Shown: positions 1-13,430, counted from the stretch's first letter. The stretch: DNA of 64,000 bases from Centroscyllium fabricii (GCA_051313645.2 JBNRSN020000010.1:10974001-11038000), one strand, 5' to 3'. Numbers and translations are program-made. The notes: generated from the letters alone by a model not told the origin.

Positions 1-3000
1 ACGTCACAGAGTTGTGGTCACTGTCCCCAAAGTGCTCTCCTACCTCCAGTTCAACCAGTTGGCCCGGTTCATTTCCCAGAACCACGTCCAAGGTTGCCGT
101 ACCCCTTGTTGGCACCTCCACGTATTGTGTCAGGAAACTTTCCTGCACGCATTGTGCAAACAATTCCCCATCTACCCTATTTGACTTATATAGACTCCAG
201 TCTATATTTGGTAAGTTGAAGTCCCCCATGATAACCACTCTATGTCCCCCACATCTATCCATTAGTTGGCTTGCACTTTCCTCCTCCACCTCCCTGTTGC
301 CATTTGGTGGTCTTTAAAAGACTCCCACTAACGTGAGCGCCGCTTTCCTATTCCTAACCTCCGCCCATACTACCTATGTTTGTGTGTCCCCCTCAAAAAG
401 CTTTTCTGCAGCTGTCACGCTGTCTTTGAGCAGCAGTGCCACTCCCTCCCCCCCGCGTTTTCCTTCTTCCCTATTTTTGCAGACGTTTCTATAGCCCTGA
501 ACCACCAACAGCCAATCCTGTCCCTGTTCCAACCATGTCTCTGTAATGGACACCACATCGTAGACACATGTCGCAATCCATGCCCCGAGCTCTCCTAACT
601 TGTTTCTTATGCTTCTTGCATTGAAGTAGGCGCACTTCAGTCCACTGGCTCTACCCTGCGCCCTTGGTTCTCCCCCTGTTACTCCTTGTTCTTTAGGCTC
701 CCTACTGCATCACTGCCCGTTTGCCAATCGACCTACCCAATTAGTTTAAATCCCCCTGAATACCTGAAGCGAGTTTTCCACCCAGAAGTTTGGAGCCCCT
801 TTGATTCAGGTGCAAGCCATCCATAGAAACATTGAAGAACCATAGAAGATAGGAGCAGGATTAGGCCATTCGGAACCTTCCAGCCTGCTCCGCCATTCAA
901 TGAGATCATGGCTGATCCTTGGCTGAGATCATGCTGATCTTTCAAGCTCAGTAACCCGTCCCCGCCTTCCTTCCGTAACCCTTAATCCCTTTAGCCTGAA
1001 GAAATATATCCAATTCCCTCTTAAATATATTTAATGAACTGGCCTCCACTGCCCTCTGTGGCAAGGAATTCCATAGGCTCACCACTCTCAGGGTGAAGAA
1101 ATTCTTCCTCATACCTCTCCTAAATGGTTTACTCCTTATCCTTAGAGTGTGGCCCCTGGTTCTGGACTCCCCCGCAAATGGAAACAATCTTTCTGAATCT
1201 AACCTGTCCAGGCCTGTCAGAAAGTTATATATTTCGATGAGATCTCCTCTCAATCTTCTAAACTCCAGCGAGTACAAGCCCAAACTACACAATCTGTCCT
1301 CGTAGGTCATTCCTGCCATTCCAGGTATCATCCTGGTGAATCGCTGCTGCACTCCTTCCATGGCAAGAACATCCTTCCTCAGATGAGGCGACCAAAACAG
1401 TACACAATACTCAAGGTGTGGTCTCACCAGTGCCTTGTACAGCTGTAGTAAGGTATCCTTATTCCAATAGTCGAACCCTCTTGATATGAAGGCCAACATA
1501 CCATTTGCCTTCTTAACCGCCTGTTGCACCTGCATGCTCGCCCTCAGTGACTGGTGCACAAGAACACCCAGGTCTCTCTGCACTTCCCCATCTCCAAATC
1601 TATTGCTATTTAAATAATAATCTGCCCTATTGTTTTTGCCCCCAAAGTGGATAACCTCACATTTATCCACATTATAGTGCATTTGCCATGTATCTGCCCA
1701 TTCCCCCAACTTGTCCAAATCGCACTGGAGCTTCCTGACATTCTCTTCAGAGCCCCGCACCCCTCCTAGTTTAGTGTCGTCTGCAAATTTGGAGATGTTG
1801 CATCCAATTCCATGGTCCAGATCATTAATATATATTGTGAACAGCTGGGGTCCAAGGACAGATCCCTGCGGCACCCCACTAGTCACCGCCTGCCACTCAG
1901 AAAACGAGCCGTTTATTCCAACTCTCTGTTTTCTATCTGCCAGCCAGTTCTCTATCCACGTCAATACTTTGCCCCCAATCCCATGAGCCATAATATTGCA
2001 TGATAATCTTTTTTGTGGGACCTTATCGAAGGCTTTCTGGAAGTCAAGGTACACCACATCTACTGGCTCTCCCCCATCTATTTTACTAGTTCCTTCCTCA
2101 AAGAATTCCAATAGATTAGTCAAGCACGATTTACCTTTTGTAAATCCATGTTGACTCTGTCCGATCCCGTCCCTATTTGTCAAGTGCTCCACTATTAAAT
2201 CCTTCAGAATGGACTCTAGCATTTTGCCCACTACTGATGTAAGGCTTACTCGTCTATAATTCCCTGCTTTTTCTCTACCCCCCTTTTTAAATAGTGGGGT
2301 TACATTAGCTACCCTCCAATCCATGGGCACTGTTCGCGAGTCTATCGAGTTCCGGAAAATGATCATCAAAGCATCTACTATCTCCAGGGCCACCTCCTTA
2401 AGTAGCCTAGGATGTAGATTATCAGGCCCTGGGGATTTCTCGGCCTTCAATCCCTTCAACTTCCCCAACTCCATATCCTTCGAAATACTGATATCTGTCA
2501 GCTCCTCCCTCTTATACAGGTCCCACATTCCCCAGAAAGAGCCCCAATTGTCTACAAAATTTATGCCCTCCCGTCTACACCAACCCTGTAGCCAGGCATT
2601 TAGTTGTATTCACTTTTCGTTTTTCCACTCCCTATCCCTTGGCACGGGTAGGATCCCAGAAATTGTGGCATTTTTTGTTCTGTCCGTCAGTTTCCTCCCT
2701 AGTTCCCTAAACTCTTGTTTAATGGCTTCGTCCCTTTTCCTCCCAATGTCGTTCGTACCTACGTCTACCACGACTTGAACTTGATTACTCTCCCCTTTTA
2801 GGGTGCTGTAGACACGGTCCGAGACGTCGCGGACCCTGGCACCCGGGAAGCAACATACCATCCCTGAGTCCATTCTACTCCCGCAAAACCTTCTCTCCAT
2901 CCCCCTCACCATTGAGTCCCTCATAACTATGGCTCCCTGCCTTACCCCCCCCCCTCCCTCATTTCTGCACCGCCTCGTCCGGCCTGGTGTCTTGGTTCCC

Positions 3001-3975
3001 GTTCCCTCGGTCTCCCATTGTTAGGTCTCCCCCCTCGTTATTATCCAGGGCGGAGTACCTGTTGCTGAGGGAAACAAACCCTGAGGGGCCCGACCCTGCC
3101 CTCCCCTTCCCCTTCCTTTTTACCTTCCCCCAACCGCCATTTTCCACAGGGGTTTCTACAGCCCGCCTGCGTCACGTTGTGGCTTCCTCCGCCTCCCTAA
3201 GGATTTTTAGTTCTTCCAGGTCTCCTTCTTGTTCCCCAATATGGTCCTCCGCCGCCTTCCTCAGGAACCTGCGTTCCTCCAGGTCCCGTTCCAGTTCCGT
3301 TACTCTGTTTTTTAGGAGCTGTAGCTGGAAGCAATTCTCACAGGTGAATCCAGCCTGGGCCACCTTTGCCCCCACAGCTGAAACATGCTGCAGGAGGAGC
3401 ATTTTACCGCCTTCCTTGCCATCCATTCACATACAAGAATTCAAGTCCAAAAAATGTCTGACCTTAGTTTTTTTCGCGTTCCTCCTTTCCTCAGTTCACC
3501 CCCTAAAGGTTAGAGGAGGAGTGCGGTGGGGGTCACTACTATGTAGTGACTCGGGTTTAGACGCTGCTCCCCCTAAATACAGGTTTTGATCTGTATGCAC
3601 ACTCCCCTTGCTGTCTCTTTCCCTATTTAGAGTTCACCAGCCTGTTATGTGTGCCTTCAGGTCCGCTTCCTTGGAAGCTGTTCCCTCCTCTTCCAGTTTG
3701 CGCTCCTCGGGCCTCCGGTCTGCAGGCCCGACTCTCCTGGTCAGGGAGGTCTCTCCTTCCTCTCCTCCGGCGCTCCCCCTCCGGCCTTGTTGGCTCCGGT
3801 CTGGAGGTTCGACTCCCAGCTGCTCCTTTGCTGCTCCTGGCCTCTGGTTTAGAGGCCTCGACTCCCTGGTTCCTCCCTGGTTCTCCTGTTCCCTCCTCTT
3901 CCCCGCGCTGGCCCCGGTCTGGGGTTTTGACTCCCGGCTGCGCCTTTTATATCGCCTGCCACCGCTGGGTATTCC
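1..3975 (-). mobile_element. CR1 LINE, 5' portion (5'UTR, ORF1 with coiled coil and SGNH esterase domain, start of ORF2 APE endonuclease); interrupted by a nested CR1 and running off the left edge
   Basis: ORF1 pieces: 3172-3426 (FTCENC plus coiled coil), 2610-2924 (DSMVRG...CCFPGARVRDV...VGTNDIG), WDLYKR at ~2510-2525 continuing as DGLHLNQRG at ~795-822. ORF2 endonuclease ITETWL...GVALLLK at 374-556. The 5' boundary is approximate. Confidence 0.85.
823..2505 (-). mobile_element. 5'-truncated CR1 LINE (RT half of ORF2 plus 3'UTR) nested in ORF1 of another CR1
   Basis: ORF 948-2528 has KSPGPD, YLDFQKAFDKV, GVPQGSVLGP and KFADDTKL motifs. The CR1 3'UTR and tail (plus-strand CATAGAA repeats) lie at 823-940. 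Host ORF1 is split at WDLYKR|DGLHLN. Confidence 0.93.
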
Positions 3976-4039
3976 TCGCAAGTCCGCTTGTCCGCATGGT
4001 GTTTGGACAAATAATCCAGAGACCATTTGATATCGAGCT

Positions 4040-4520
4040 CATAGTAAACACTGCGGCCCCTATAATAACTTTCACAAAATCCCGCGCACCCATCTCTCAT
4101 GGGAGCGCTGACATTTACTGTCCACTTGTTCAGCAACACTTCTATTTTAAAATTTTCATCCTCCTGTTAAAAAGTCTCCATGGACTCGCTAATCCTTATT
4201 AATAACATTCTAAAGCCCTACAGCCCTCTGAGAATTACGCGTTCCTCCGAACCTGTCCTCTTGTTCAACACCCACTTTCTTCACCCAAGCACTGGTAGCA
4301 GTACCTTCACATGCCGAGGGCATATGCTCTGGAAATATTTCCCGAAACACCTCCCCCTCTCAGAATTTAAGTTCGATAACACAATCCGTAAATCTATGCC
4401 TTTAATCAAGCTTTTGAACACACATCTGAATGTATCCGTCTTCGGCATGGAGCCAATTTGATCTGATTAAGCTCCAGTGAAGCCAGCGATAAAGTCGCTA
4501 TATTAATGCAAGTTCTTGCT
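4040..4520 (+). mobile_element. Old L2-clade LINE 3' remnant
   Basis: Translation NTAAPIITFTKSRAPI...FKIFILLLKSLHGLANPY matches the typical L2 ORF2 C-terminal pattern. Confidence 0.65.
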
Positions 4521-4929
4521 GCTTTCATGAGAGACAGGAGCAGAAAACATGCTGGGGTGGCAGTGTAAGTGAATAACTACATTACAGCGCATGGAAACAT
4601 TGACACCACAGACGTTGCAATGGAACAGGATTCACATGAAGAGGCATAATTATTTGGACGGGCCAAATTACAATTCTTGGTGGCCATAACAGAACAGTAA
4701 GCTTATGTGATATAAGGGGGAAATGCAGCCAATTCAGAGGATTGTGTAAGAACAAAAGCTTACTGATAATGCGAGATTGTATCTATCCCATAATAAACAT
4801 GAATAAACTGATTATGCGTGGTCAAAGTGGAGAACACATTTCAGCCTGTATCCGGGACTGCTTGTTAGATAAGCATTTTTCAATGCAACAAGGAAATAAA
4901 CATCGCTTGCTTTAGTTCTGGAAGTTTGA

Positions 4930-6483
4930 GTGGGTTAAATAACTGCCCTAGAAATAGTAGATGCATTGCTGGTCATATTCCAAAGTTCCATAGACTCTGG
5001 AAGAGTACCCATGGATTGAGAGGTAGAAAATGTTACCCCTCCATTCAAAAATGTGGTAGAGAGAAAATGGGGTATTATAGATCGGGAAGGCTGACATCGG
5101 TAATGGGGAAAATTCTAGAAACCATTATAAATGATGTTGTAGCAGAGCACATTGAAAGCAATGGCAGGGTCGGCAATGTCAACATGGATTTACAAATCGT
5201 GCTTGACTACTCGACTGGAATTTTCTGAGGATGTAAATCTTAGAAGAGATAAGAGAGAACCAGTGGATGCGGCGTATTTGGCTTTTCAGAAGGCTGTCGA
5301 TAAGCTCCCGTATAAGAGATTAGCCTGTAAATTTAAGGCACATGTGTTTGGGGGCAAGTTACTGATTTGGTTACAGAACTGGTTGGCAGACAGGAAACAA
5401 TGAGTTGGTATTAACTGTGTTTTTCTTGCGAGTGGCAGGCAGTGGCTAGTGGGGTACCGCAGGGATCAGACCTAGGACACCAGCTACTCACAGTAGATAT
5501 TTATATTAATGATCTGGAAGAGGGAACTAGATGTAATTTCTCCAAGTTTGCAGACGACCCACAGCTGCGTGGGCGTGTGTGCTGTGAGGAGGATGCCGAG
5601 AAAATCCAGCAGGATTTGGACGGGTTTGTTGATTTGGCAGATTAATTTAAGATGCAGTAAAATGTGGAAAAATGCGAGGTTAACCACTATGGTGGCAAAA
5701 ACAGGAAGGCAGAACATTATCTGAGCAGCAAAAAATTGGGAGAAGGAGAAGTACAACGAGAACTGGGTGTCTTTGTGCATTAGTCGCTGAAAGTACGCAT
5801 GCAGATGCAGCAGGCGGTTAAGAAGGCAAATGATATGTTGGCCTTCGTAGTGAGAAGTTTCGAGTCCAGGAACAAGGATGTCTTGCTGCAGTGCTACAGG
5901 GTCTTGGTGAGACTACAGTTTGAGTATTGTGTTCATTTTCGGCCGCCTTATCTGAAGAAGAACCTTCTTGCCATGGAGGGAGTTCAGCAAAGCTTCAAGT
6001 CTGATGCCTCGGATGGCAGGAATGATGTATGAGGAGAGATTGTATCGATTCGTCTTGCACTCACCGGAGTTTAGAAAAATTGGAGGGGATCTCATTGAAA
6101 CGTATAACATTCTAAAAGGACAAGACAGACTAGGTGCAGGAAGGATGTTTCCGATTTCGTTGGATTCCAGAACCAAGGTTCACAATCAAAATTATGCGGT
6201 ATTCCGTTTCGTACAGACATGTGAAGAATCTCTTTACCCAGAGAGTAGTGAACATATGGAATTGTCTACCACATAAGGCAGTTGAAGCCAATTCATTAGA
6301 TATCTTCAAGAAGGATTTAAATACATGTCTTAAGGCTAAAGGAATCAAGGGATACGGGGATAATGCAGGGACAGGCTACTGAGTTTAGATGATCAGCCAT
6401 GAACTCATTGAATGGCGGAGCAGGCTCGAGGAGCCGAATTGCCTACTCCAACTCCTATCGTCTAGGTTTCTAAGCTTCTATGA
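4930..6483 (+). mobile_element. Degraded 5'-truncated CR1 LINE
   Basis: Frameshifted RT motifs (AYLAFQKAVDK, GVPQGS, FSKFADD), ORF2 end KGYGDNAGTGY, and CR1 3'UTR ggcggagcaggctcga...tttctaagcttctatg. Confidence 0.9.
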
Positions 6484-6967
6484 GAGTAGGAGAGATACTT
6501 GGAAATAGTGCCCATCACATATTAGGAGATAAGGGCGCATCATAAAGAGTCATTCGGAAGAGATGTGAAACCGGCTGCCGTTTCACTATCACCCGTATTA
6601 CACCATGGAGGACAACCAGAATTACTTCCAGGGTAAGGAAAATCGAACTGTCCTATAATGGGCGGCTAAATAACATCGCCCGTTGAACACTATCGCCCAG
6701 AGTTAAAATTGCCCACAATGTGAAACTTCAACAGAAGGCGTCTGATGAAGTTTGGGGCTAATAATATAAAATAAAATCAAGTATAATGTAAAAGGTTGAA
6801 TGGCGTTTACAAACGAGAGTGTGGAATGATTACAATCGGGTATTAAGCTGATAACAGGTAACACAGCAACAAACAATAAGGGATTTTGTAAATATACACA
6901 ATTAAACTTTTAGTTAGACAGAGTATGACCGGTCAGGAATAAAGTATGCACTGCTGGGTAATTATAA

Positions 6968-7160
6968 AGGCAAGAAGTCACACAACACCAGATTATAGTC
7001 CAACGGTTTTATTTGATATCACAAGCTTGTGGAGCTTCCTGACGATGGGGCAGAAGCTCCGAAAGCATGTGATTTAAAATAAAACCGTTGGACGATAATC
7101 TGGTGTTGTGTGACTTCTTGCATTTGTCCACCCCAGTCCAACAGCGGCCCCTCCACATTA
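6968..7160. mobile_element. Short Penelope-like element with inverted terminal (pLTR) arms
   Basis: Imperfect palindrome 6970-7121. A 13-bp direct repeat TGGGTAATTATAA at 6955-6967 and 7161-7173 is the TSD. The centre carries a CTGACGA-stem-GAAA hammerhead-like core. Confidence 0.75.
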
Positions 7161-7729
7161 TGGGTAATTATAACGTTGTGTAATGGTGCAAAATGGGCGA
7201 AAAAAATTATATGCCCAATATCAAGTCAATCGAAGGGAAAATTGGGCATGAAATAAAATGGCGTCCAATTAAATAGGGTCCAAAGTTACAATTATCCCCG
7301 TGGATTCTAATTGAAATAAATGTATGATGATGATAGCTGATATCCCATATAGCAAGAAATGATCCAGCATCGGATCATTGTTGTTGATTTCTGGTGTCCT
7401 GTTCTGCTGAGTTTCCATTATTACACAGAATCCGTGGACCTGTGGAAACTATTTTACACCAGTTATATTTGAATATTTTCTGATTTCCATTTCAGTGAAC
7501 AGGCATCTCAGAAGAGGAAAGACTGGATCAAGCGTATGTTCTTTAGCTCCTTGACATACCTGGCACCAATCTCACTGCTGACAAGTTTCATCATTTCCAA
7601 CACATCAAGAGAAAGCCTCGCCGATATAATGGGAAAGGACTTGGCCCACATTTCGCTGATCTGGGCGGTATGACTCTATTTAATATCTGCGACTAACCAA
7701 TCAATACCTGTCAGTGTTCGACGTCTATT

Positions 7730-8560
7730 TTTTTGATCGGAGTTCGTAGATGGAGCATTATTGCATACCCAGATCTGTACCTGCCCCTGAGTCTTTCAGG
7801 AGATCATACAGATGGAGCTCAACTGTGTATTAAACACGTACTGCACCAAACTTCGGAAAGTATCATGGAAAATTCTATAAAGTGCTTTACTCTCTGACTG
7901 ACCCGTGCTATACCTGGCAGGTTTTGATGAGACATTGTAGCGAAATATTCAAACTCTATCTAACCTGTGCTGAACCCACCCTGGGAGTGCGTAATGCGCA
8001 GTACAAATGGAGCATTTCTCTCTATCTGACGCATATTTTATCTAAACCATACTGTATTTTATCTCATGTTAGTTGATGTGAGTGCTTGATTGGGCATTGT
8101 ACAAGATGTTGTATTATCTGTCTGACGCATGCTGCACATTTCTTGGGAGTGTTTGATGGGATTGTGTAGCTAGGGCTTTACTCCGTATATAACCTATGCT
8201 GTACCTAACCAAGCCTTATTTTATGGGACAGTATCAATGGAGCTTTACTCTGTATCTGACGTTTGCTTTAACTAACCCTTACTATTTATAAACTGACGAT
8301 AGTTGATGTGTGCGTTTGATGGGCTATTGTAGAGTGAGTTCAGCTCTGTATCTCACATTAAATTACCTGCCCTGGAAATATTAAATGGGACATTGTAGAG
8401 GGAGCGTTACTTTGTATCGAATCCGTTCTGTACATGACCTAAGTGTCTTTGAGGGACAATTTTGAGGGAAGTTTACTATGTGTCAAACACCTACTGTACC
8501 TAACCTGATAGTAGTTGATGGTAGATGCAGATGGAGCTTTTTCTTATCTTAAACGTGCTT
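7730..8560. repeat. Degenerate ~67-bp tandem repeat (GATGGGACAGTGTAGAGGGAGCTTTACTCTGTATCTAACCCGTGCTGTACCTG...)
   Basis: Recurrent gatggg...gagctttactctgtatct...ctgtacct units spaced ~67 bp apart (e.g. 8155 and 8222); intronic. Confidence 0.8.
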
Positions 8561-9169
8561 TGCACATATGATGCTAGGATTTGGTCTGGGCATAAATTGA
8601 CGTGGTACTCGGAAAGAAATTAAGATATTTTAGTGAAATATGTAGGTTTTCCAACTTTTGCGGTCACTGTCATTCTTGCAAATAATATTAGAACGCAGAT
8701 TTGCTTTGATGGCCACGTCACATGCTGAGTTTAGCTATGATGATCTCAGATGCTTGGGCCTTTGACTTTCTCCTACATTTCTCAAGAATTACAGATTACT
8801 GTCTTGTAACAGGGGCTTTATTTTATCAAGAGAAGTTCAAACTGACCTGCAAGGGACGATTTTTACTTCTTACCATAAAAGTGAATTTCAAAGATTGCAA
8901 AGTTTGCGTTTTACTCCACCTTTATTATAGACCTGCTCAATGTATCATCTTATTGCTCTTATCTTCTGGCTATTGGTGTCTATCCAAAACCTGGAACTGG
9001 TTAACCGGAGGCATTTACATTCTGGCGCTGATTATGCTGATTGGATTCATGTTCATTTCGGTATTCCTTTCAAAGTGCTATTCCAGGTAAATTGTACTCT
9101 GACAGCTGCAGATGCAGTGGAATAATGACAATGGTAAAGCGCCGTTAAGGGACAAGATTAGGGTTCTGA

Positions 9170-9570
9170 ATGTGTCAGATATAGGGAGAGTGGCAGTAAC
9201 AGATGAAGGAAGCTAGGTACTGTCAGAAAGAGACACAGACATCTACAAACACACAGCGAAACTTAACGGAACAAACTGAGACAAGGAGAGACATAAACAG
9301 GGAGAGGGTACTTAAAGAGAATTACAGGCGAAACAGGGGGACAGAGATGTAACGAAACACGGAGAGAGAGAGAGGTGGAAGACAGAGACATAAACAGAGA
9401 ATGAGGAAACCAGGAGAGCTACAATTACAAAGAATGAGAGACAGAAAGACATAGTGAAGCAAAGATAGAGGGAGGAGAAAGACAGCGAGATACAGCGAGA
9501 GAGAGAGAGAGATTTTGAAGGAGATTAGCATCAGTAGAGGAGTAGGAATTTAACCAGGGAGGGAGGTTTC
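9170..9570. repeat. GA-rich low-complexity tract
   Basis: Purine-rich run with (GA)n stretches, e.g. 9497-9512. Confidence 0.7.
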
Positions 9571-10149
9571 TGCAGGTGCAGTTTTCCCGATGTAAAATAA
9601 TGCTAGATTATGACTGAGTAGACGAGGAAGCTGTTCGTGGTAATTTGGGCTGTGTTGAATTTTTGCCTCAATGTTGCAGCACAAAAACGACCCTTTCGAG
9701 GAAGGAGAAAAATAAACTTGAAGCAAACCGTGACTATGTCCAATGTGTTGTGGTTGAGAAAAATGTGAATTTTCCCTGTCATTCTCGCCTCTCTCTGATC
9801 GTAACACATACCTATACACGTCTCTGTATCGGCATTTGCATTATATGTGCCTGTTACAGGCCCTGTATTTACCTTCTGTATTTGCAAATCTGTCTTTCGA
9901 CAATTATTTCCACCAGCTATTCCAGATTAGATGCAAGTCATTCTTACATTTCCTTTATTAACATCGGTATGCTGCTTTTTTTTTGCAGGCAGAGCTGTAT
10001 GAACCGTACCACCATCAGTTTGTCACTGAACAGGAACTGAGCTAAAACTGACCAGCAGTGGGACTTTGAAAAGTGAGGCAATAACATGGTTCGATTTCTA
10101 ATTGTGGGCTCCCATATTTGCACGTTGGTACAGGTTTATGATACTGTAC

Positions 10150-11915
10150 AACTAATCCTAGGCGATTGATCCCGAGATGTGTGTTATGATTTCGCCATAG
10201 TACTTGCGAAATTTTAGTTCAGTCAATTAAATAAAACTCTGGAACAAAAAACTGGTATCGGTAATGATTACCATGAAATTATCAATTGTTTAAAAACCCC
10301 ATTGTATCCAAAATATTGTTTAGCTAAAGAAATCTGCTGTCTTTAAGTGGTCTGGCTGAAATGGGACAGCAGGTCATCTGCAATGTGCTTGTCTCTGAAA
10401 CGGAACAGCAAGTAGCTCAGTTGAAACAAACTGCTAATAATAGGAATGAAACCGGAAAGATCTCAAGTCAAGGACCACGGCACTGGCATACCTAGCCGAG
10501 TCGAAACAGGCAAATTATCCTCGTGAATATCGGGGACTTGTGACAAATTTGGAATCGTTGTTACACTGACTAGTCAAGCAACCGCGTGATATTGTCGTAC
10601 TGACAGAATCATATATTTTTCAGCCATGGTCCCACACTCCTCCATCAACTTTCTGAATATTAATTGTCCTAACAGAGGTGGGGGACAGTCGTATACTGTC
10701 GGGAGGGACTGAATCTGGGGACCTTAACATTGACTTGGAACCCCAAGAATTCTCATGGCTTCAGGTAATGCATGGGTAAGCAACCCACCCGCTGAATGCC
10801 ACCTGCCGCACTTATTCAGCTGATGATTCAGTACTCTTCCATGTGGAGCACCAATTGGAGGAAGTACTGAGAGTAGCAAGGGCACATACTGTACTCTGGG
10901 TGGGAGTCTAAAATGCCCATCGCCAGGAATGGCCCGGTAGCATTACCAGTGGCCGAGTCCTGAAGGACAGATCTGTCATCTGGGCCGTCAGCAGGTGTTG
11001 GGAGAACCACCAAAAACCCTACTTGATCTCGTCGTGAACAATGTACCTGCCGCAGATGCAACTGTCGTTGACAGCAGTCGTAGCAGTGACCACCAAAGTC
11101 ATTATGGAGATCAACTCCCATCTTTACACTGAAGACACCCTCCACCGTGTTGTATGGCAATACCATCGTGCTAAATGGAAAATTGAGAACAGATCTAGCA
11201 ATTCAAAACTGGGTATCCATAAGGCGCCGTGGGCCATGTGCAGCAACAAAATTGTATTCCATCACAATCTGTAACTTCATGGCCCGGCAAAACATTGAAT
11301 TTCCTATTAGTTTCGAGCCAGGATATCCAAAGTTTTTCAGCAAGAAATGCAGAAGAGAATGCGAGGAGACACACCAGGCATACCTAAACATGCGTTTGCC
11401 AAATTTGGGAAGATGCACCACAGGTATATGCATCCTGAACAGCTGAAGCAGCATGCTGCAATCAGAGCTAAGCAATACCACAATCAGCGAATCAGATCAA
11501 AGATCTGCAGTCCTTCCGTATTCAGTCGTAAATAGTGGTGAGCCACTAAACGGCTAACAGGAGGAGGAGGCTCCATTATTATCCACATCTTCAATAATGG
11601 TAGAGCACAGCATGCGATGGCAAAAGACAAGGCTGATGCTTTAGTAACCACCATCAGCCAGAAGGTTTGAGTAGATGATCCATATCGGCAGTCTTCTGAT
11701 GTTCCACGCCGTCAAAAAAGTCAGTCTTCAGCCAATTCAATTCTCTCCACTTGCTGTCAAGAAATGGCGGAGCCCACTGGATACAGCAAATGCTATGGTA
11801 CACAACAATATTCCGGCGGTCTTGCTGAAGACTTGGGCGTCAGAAGGAGCTGCGCCTCTAGCTAATGTGTCCAGTACAGATACAAAACTGGCATCAGTAA
11901 AGCTGCAACACTAGC
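10150..11915 (+). mobile_element. Degraded CR1-group LINE of a second family ('family B'), 5' region and endonuclease
   Basis: DIVVLTES, HRVVWQYHRAKW and RAKQYHNQRIRSKICSP motifs. The same family recurs at 27.4, 34.0, 38.1 and 55.4 kb. Confidence 0.7.
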
Positions 11916-13430
11916 ATCTGTTCTAGGTGATTTATTTTTCCAGTAAATTGATAAATGTATCCGTGCCATTTCCAGCTCTCTCCCTGAACTCGACAAATTC
12001 ATTCACTTTACCTCCAATTTCCACACTTCCCTCGCCATCACATGATCTACCTCCGACTCTTCCAGTCCCTTCCTCAAGATCTCCATCTCCATCTCTGGAG
12101 ATGGGGTATTGACAAGCATTCACTACAAGCCCACTTAATCCAACATCAATCTGGACTAAAATTCGTCCCACCCCTGCTTCTGTAAGGACTCTATTCCAAT
12201 CTCCCAGTTTCTCCCTCTCCACCGCATCTGCTCTGACGATGCCACCTTCCACACCAGTGCTTCCAATATGTTTTCCTTTCACCTCAACCGAGGATGTTCC
12301 TCTACAGTGGCTGACGCAGCCCTCGTCCGGGCCCTCGTCCGGGTCAATTCTATCTTCTTCACTGCTGCCCTCACCCGTGCCCCTCCCTCCAGAGGGACCG
12401 CTCCCTCCTTTACGCATTAGTCTTCTCCTTCATAAACCCCAGAATTACATCCCCTTTGCCCGGCAGCTTCCTGTGCAAGCCCAGGAGATGCTACACCTGC
12501 ACTTACACCTCCGTCCTTCCAGGGCTCCAAACAGCCTATTAAGGTGAAAGAGCGATTTATTTTACATCTTGCAAACTTGTATATTCGGTTTGTTGCTCAC
12601 GATGTGGTCTCCTCTTCATTGGGGAGACAAAAGTTAGATTGGGTGACCGCTTTGCTGAACAACTCCGTTCATTCCGTAATGGTGACCCTGAGCTTCCAGT
12701 CGCCTGTCACTTTGTCTCTCCGCTTCACTCCCACTGTGATCTCTCTGTCCTTGGCCAATTACATTGTTCCTTGGAAGCTCAGCGTAATGTCGAGGAACAA
12801 CACCTCATAGAAACATAGAAACATAGAAGATAGGAGCAGGAGTAGGCCATTCAGCTCTTCGAGCCTCCTCCGCCATTCAATGAGATCATGGCTGATCAGC
12901 CAAACTCAGCACCCTGTCCCTGCCTTCTCCCCGTATCCCTCGATCCCTATCGAGCATGCACCGACACATATCCCACCCTAGCCCGGCATTAAGGCACTTT
13001 ACAGCCCTCCGGACTCAATAATGAGTTCAACAATTTCCGAACATAAATTTGGGCCGCATTATATTTTTACCTATCTTGATCCACACATTTTATTTGCCCC
13101 CCTTCTATATTTTCTCTCTCTCGCCCATGGCAGCCGCCTCCCATTCTGTCAGTGCATTTCACAACTAATCTTTAGCTGTATTCTGTCACCAGCCCCATCA
13201 CTATCTCGTTTCATTTTGAACAAGTCTCATTGGCGTTTCTATTTTATGTTCTCTGTCTTTAGTTTTATCTTCTCTTTTGTTCTCCCCCAGCCCGCCCGGC
13301 CTTCTCACATGTTTAAATTCCTTGCTTTAGTCTTGAGAAAGTGTCCAAAAACGAAACGTCGTCTCCATGTTTCTCTCTCCACCGATGCTGCCTGGCCCGC
13401 TGAGTTTTTCCAGAATTTTCTGTTGTTATA
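11916..13430 (+). mobile_element. Penelope-like retroelement (RT C-terminus, GIY-YIG endonuclease, pLTR)
   Basis: Degenerate RYIDD-like RT motif at ~11935-11960. GIY-YIG CSRCGLLFIGETKVRLGDRFAEQLRS...LPVACHF at 12590-12713. pLTR gatgctgcctggcccgctgagtttttccag at 13384-13413. Confidence 0.85.
12806..12990 (-). mobile_element. Truncated HE1/V-type SINE (CR1-derived tail) inserted in the Penelope element
   Basis: (CATAGAAA)n tail plus a body matching 37665-37830. Confidence 0.8.

Larger units (their letters stand above)
7496..10045 (+). pseudogene. Last four exons (7496-7667, ~8974-9086, 9680-9764, 9989-10045) of a gene or pseudogene for a probable EHD/dynamin-like GTPase with two C-terminal TM segments
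   Basis: Phase-consistent spliced ORF: EQASQKRKDWIKRMFFSSLTYLAPISLLTSFIISN...LIWA | WCLSKTWNWLTGGIYILALIMLIGFMFISVFLSKCYS | STKTTLSRKEKNKLEANRDYVQCVVVEKN | AELYEPYHHQFVTEQELS*. AG/GT sites are canonical except the second exon's acceptor (TAT at 8971-8973). Family assignment is from recalled similarity only. Confidence 0.65.

Noticed and set aside
2987-4202. Long plus-strand ORFs (200, 140 and 183 aa)
   Set aside because: Antisense shadows of CR1 ORF1 and its GC-rich 5'UTR, running into an L2 remnant.
13330-13365. Hammerhead in the Penelope pLTR
   Set aside because: CGAAACGTCG is present but the CTGANGA box and stem II are degraded; a remnant only.
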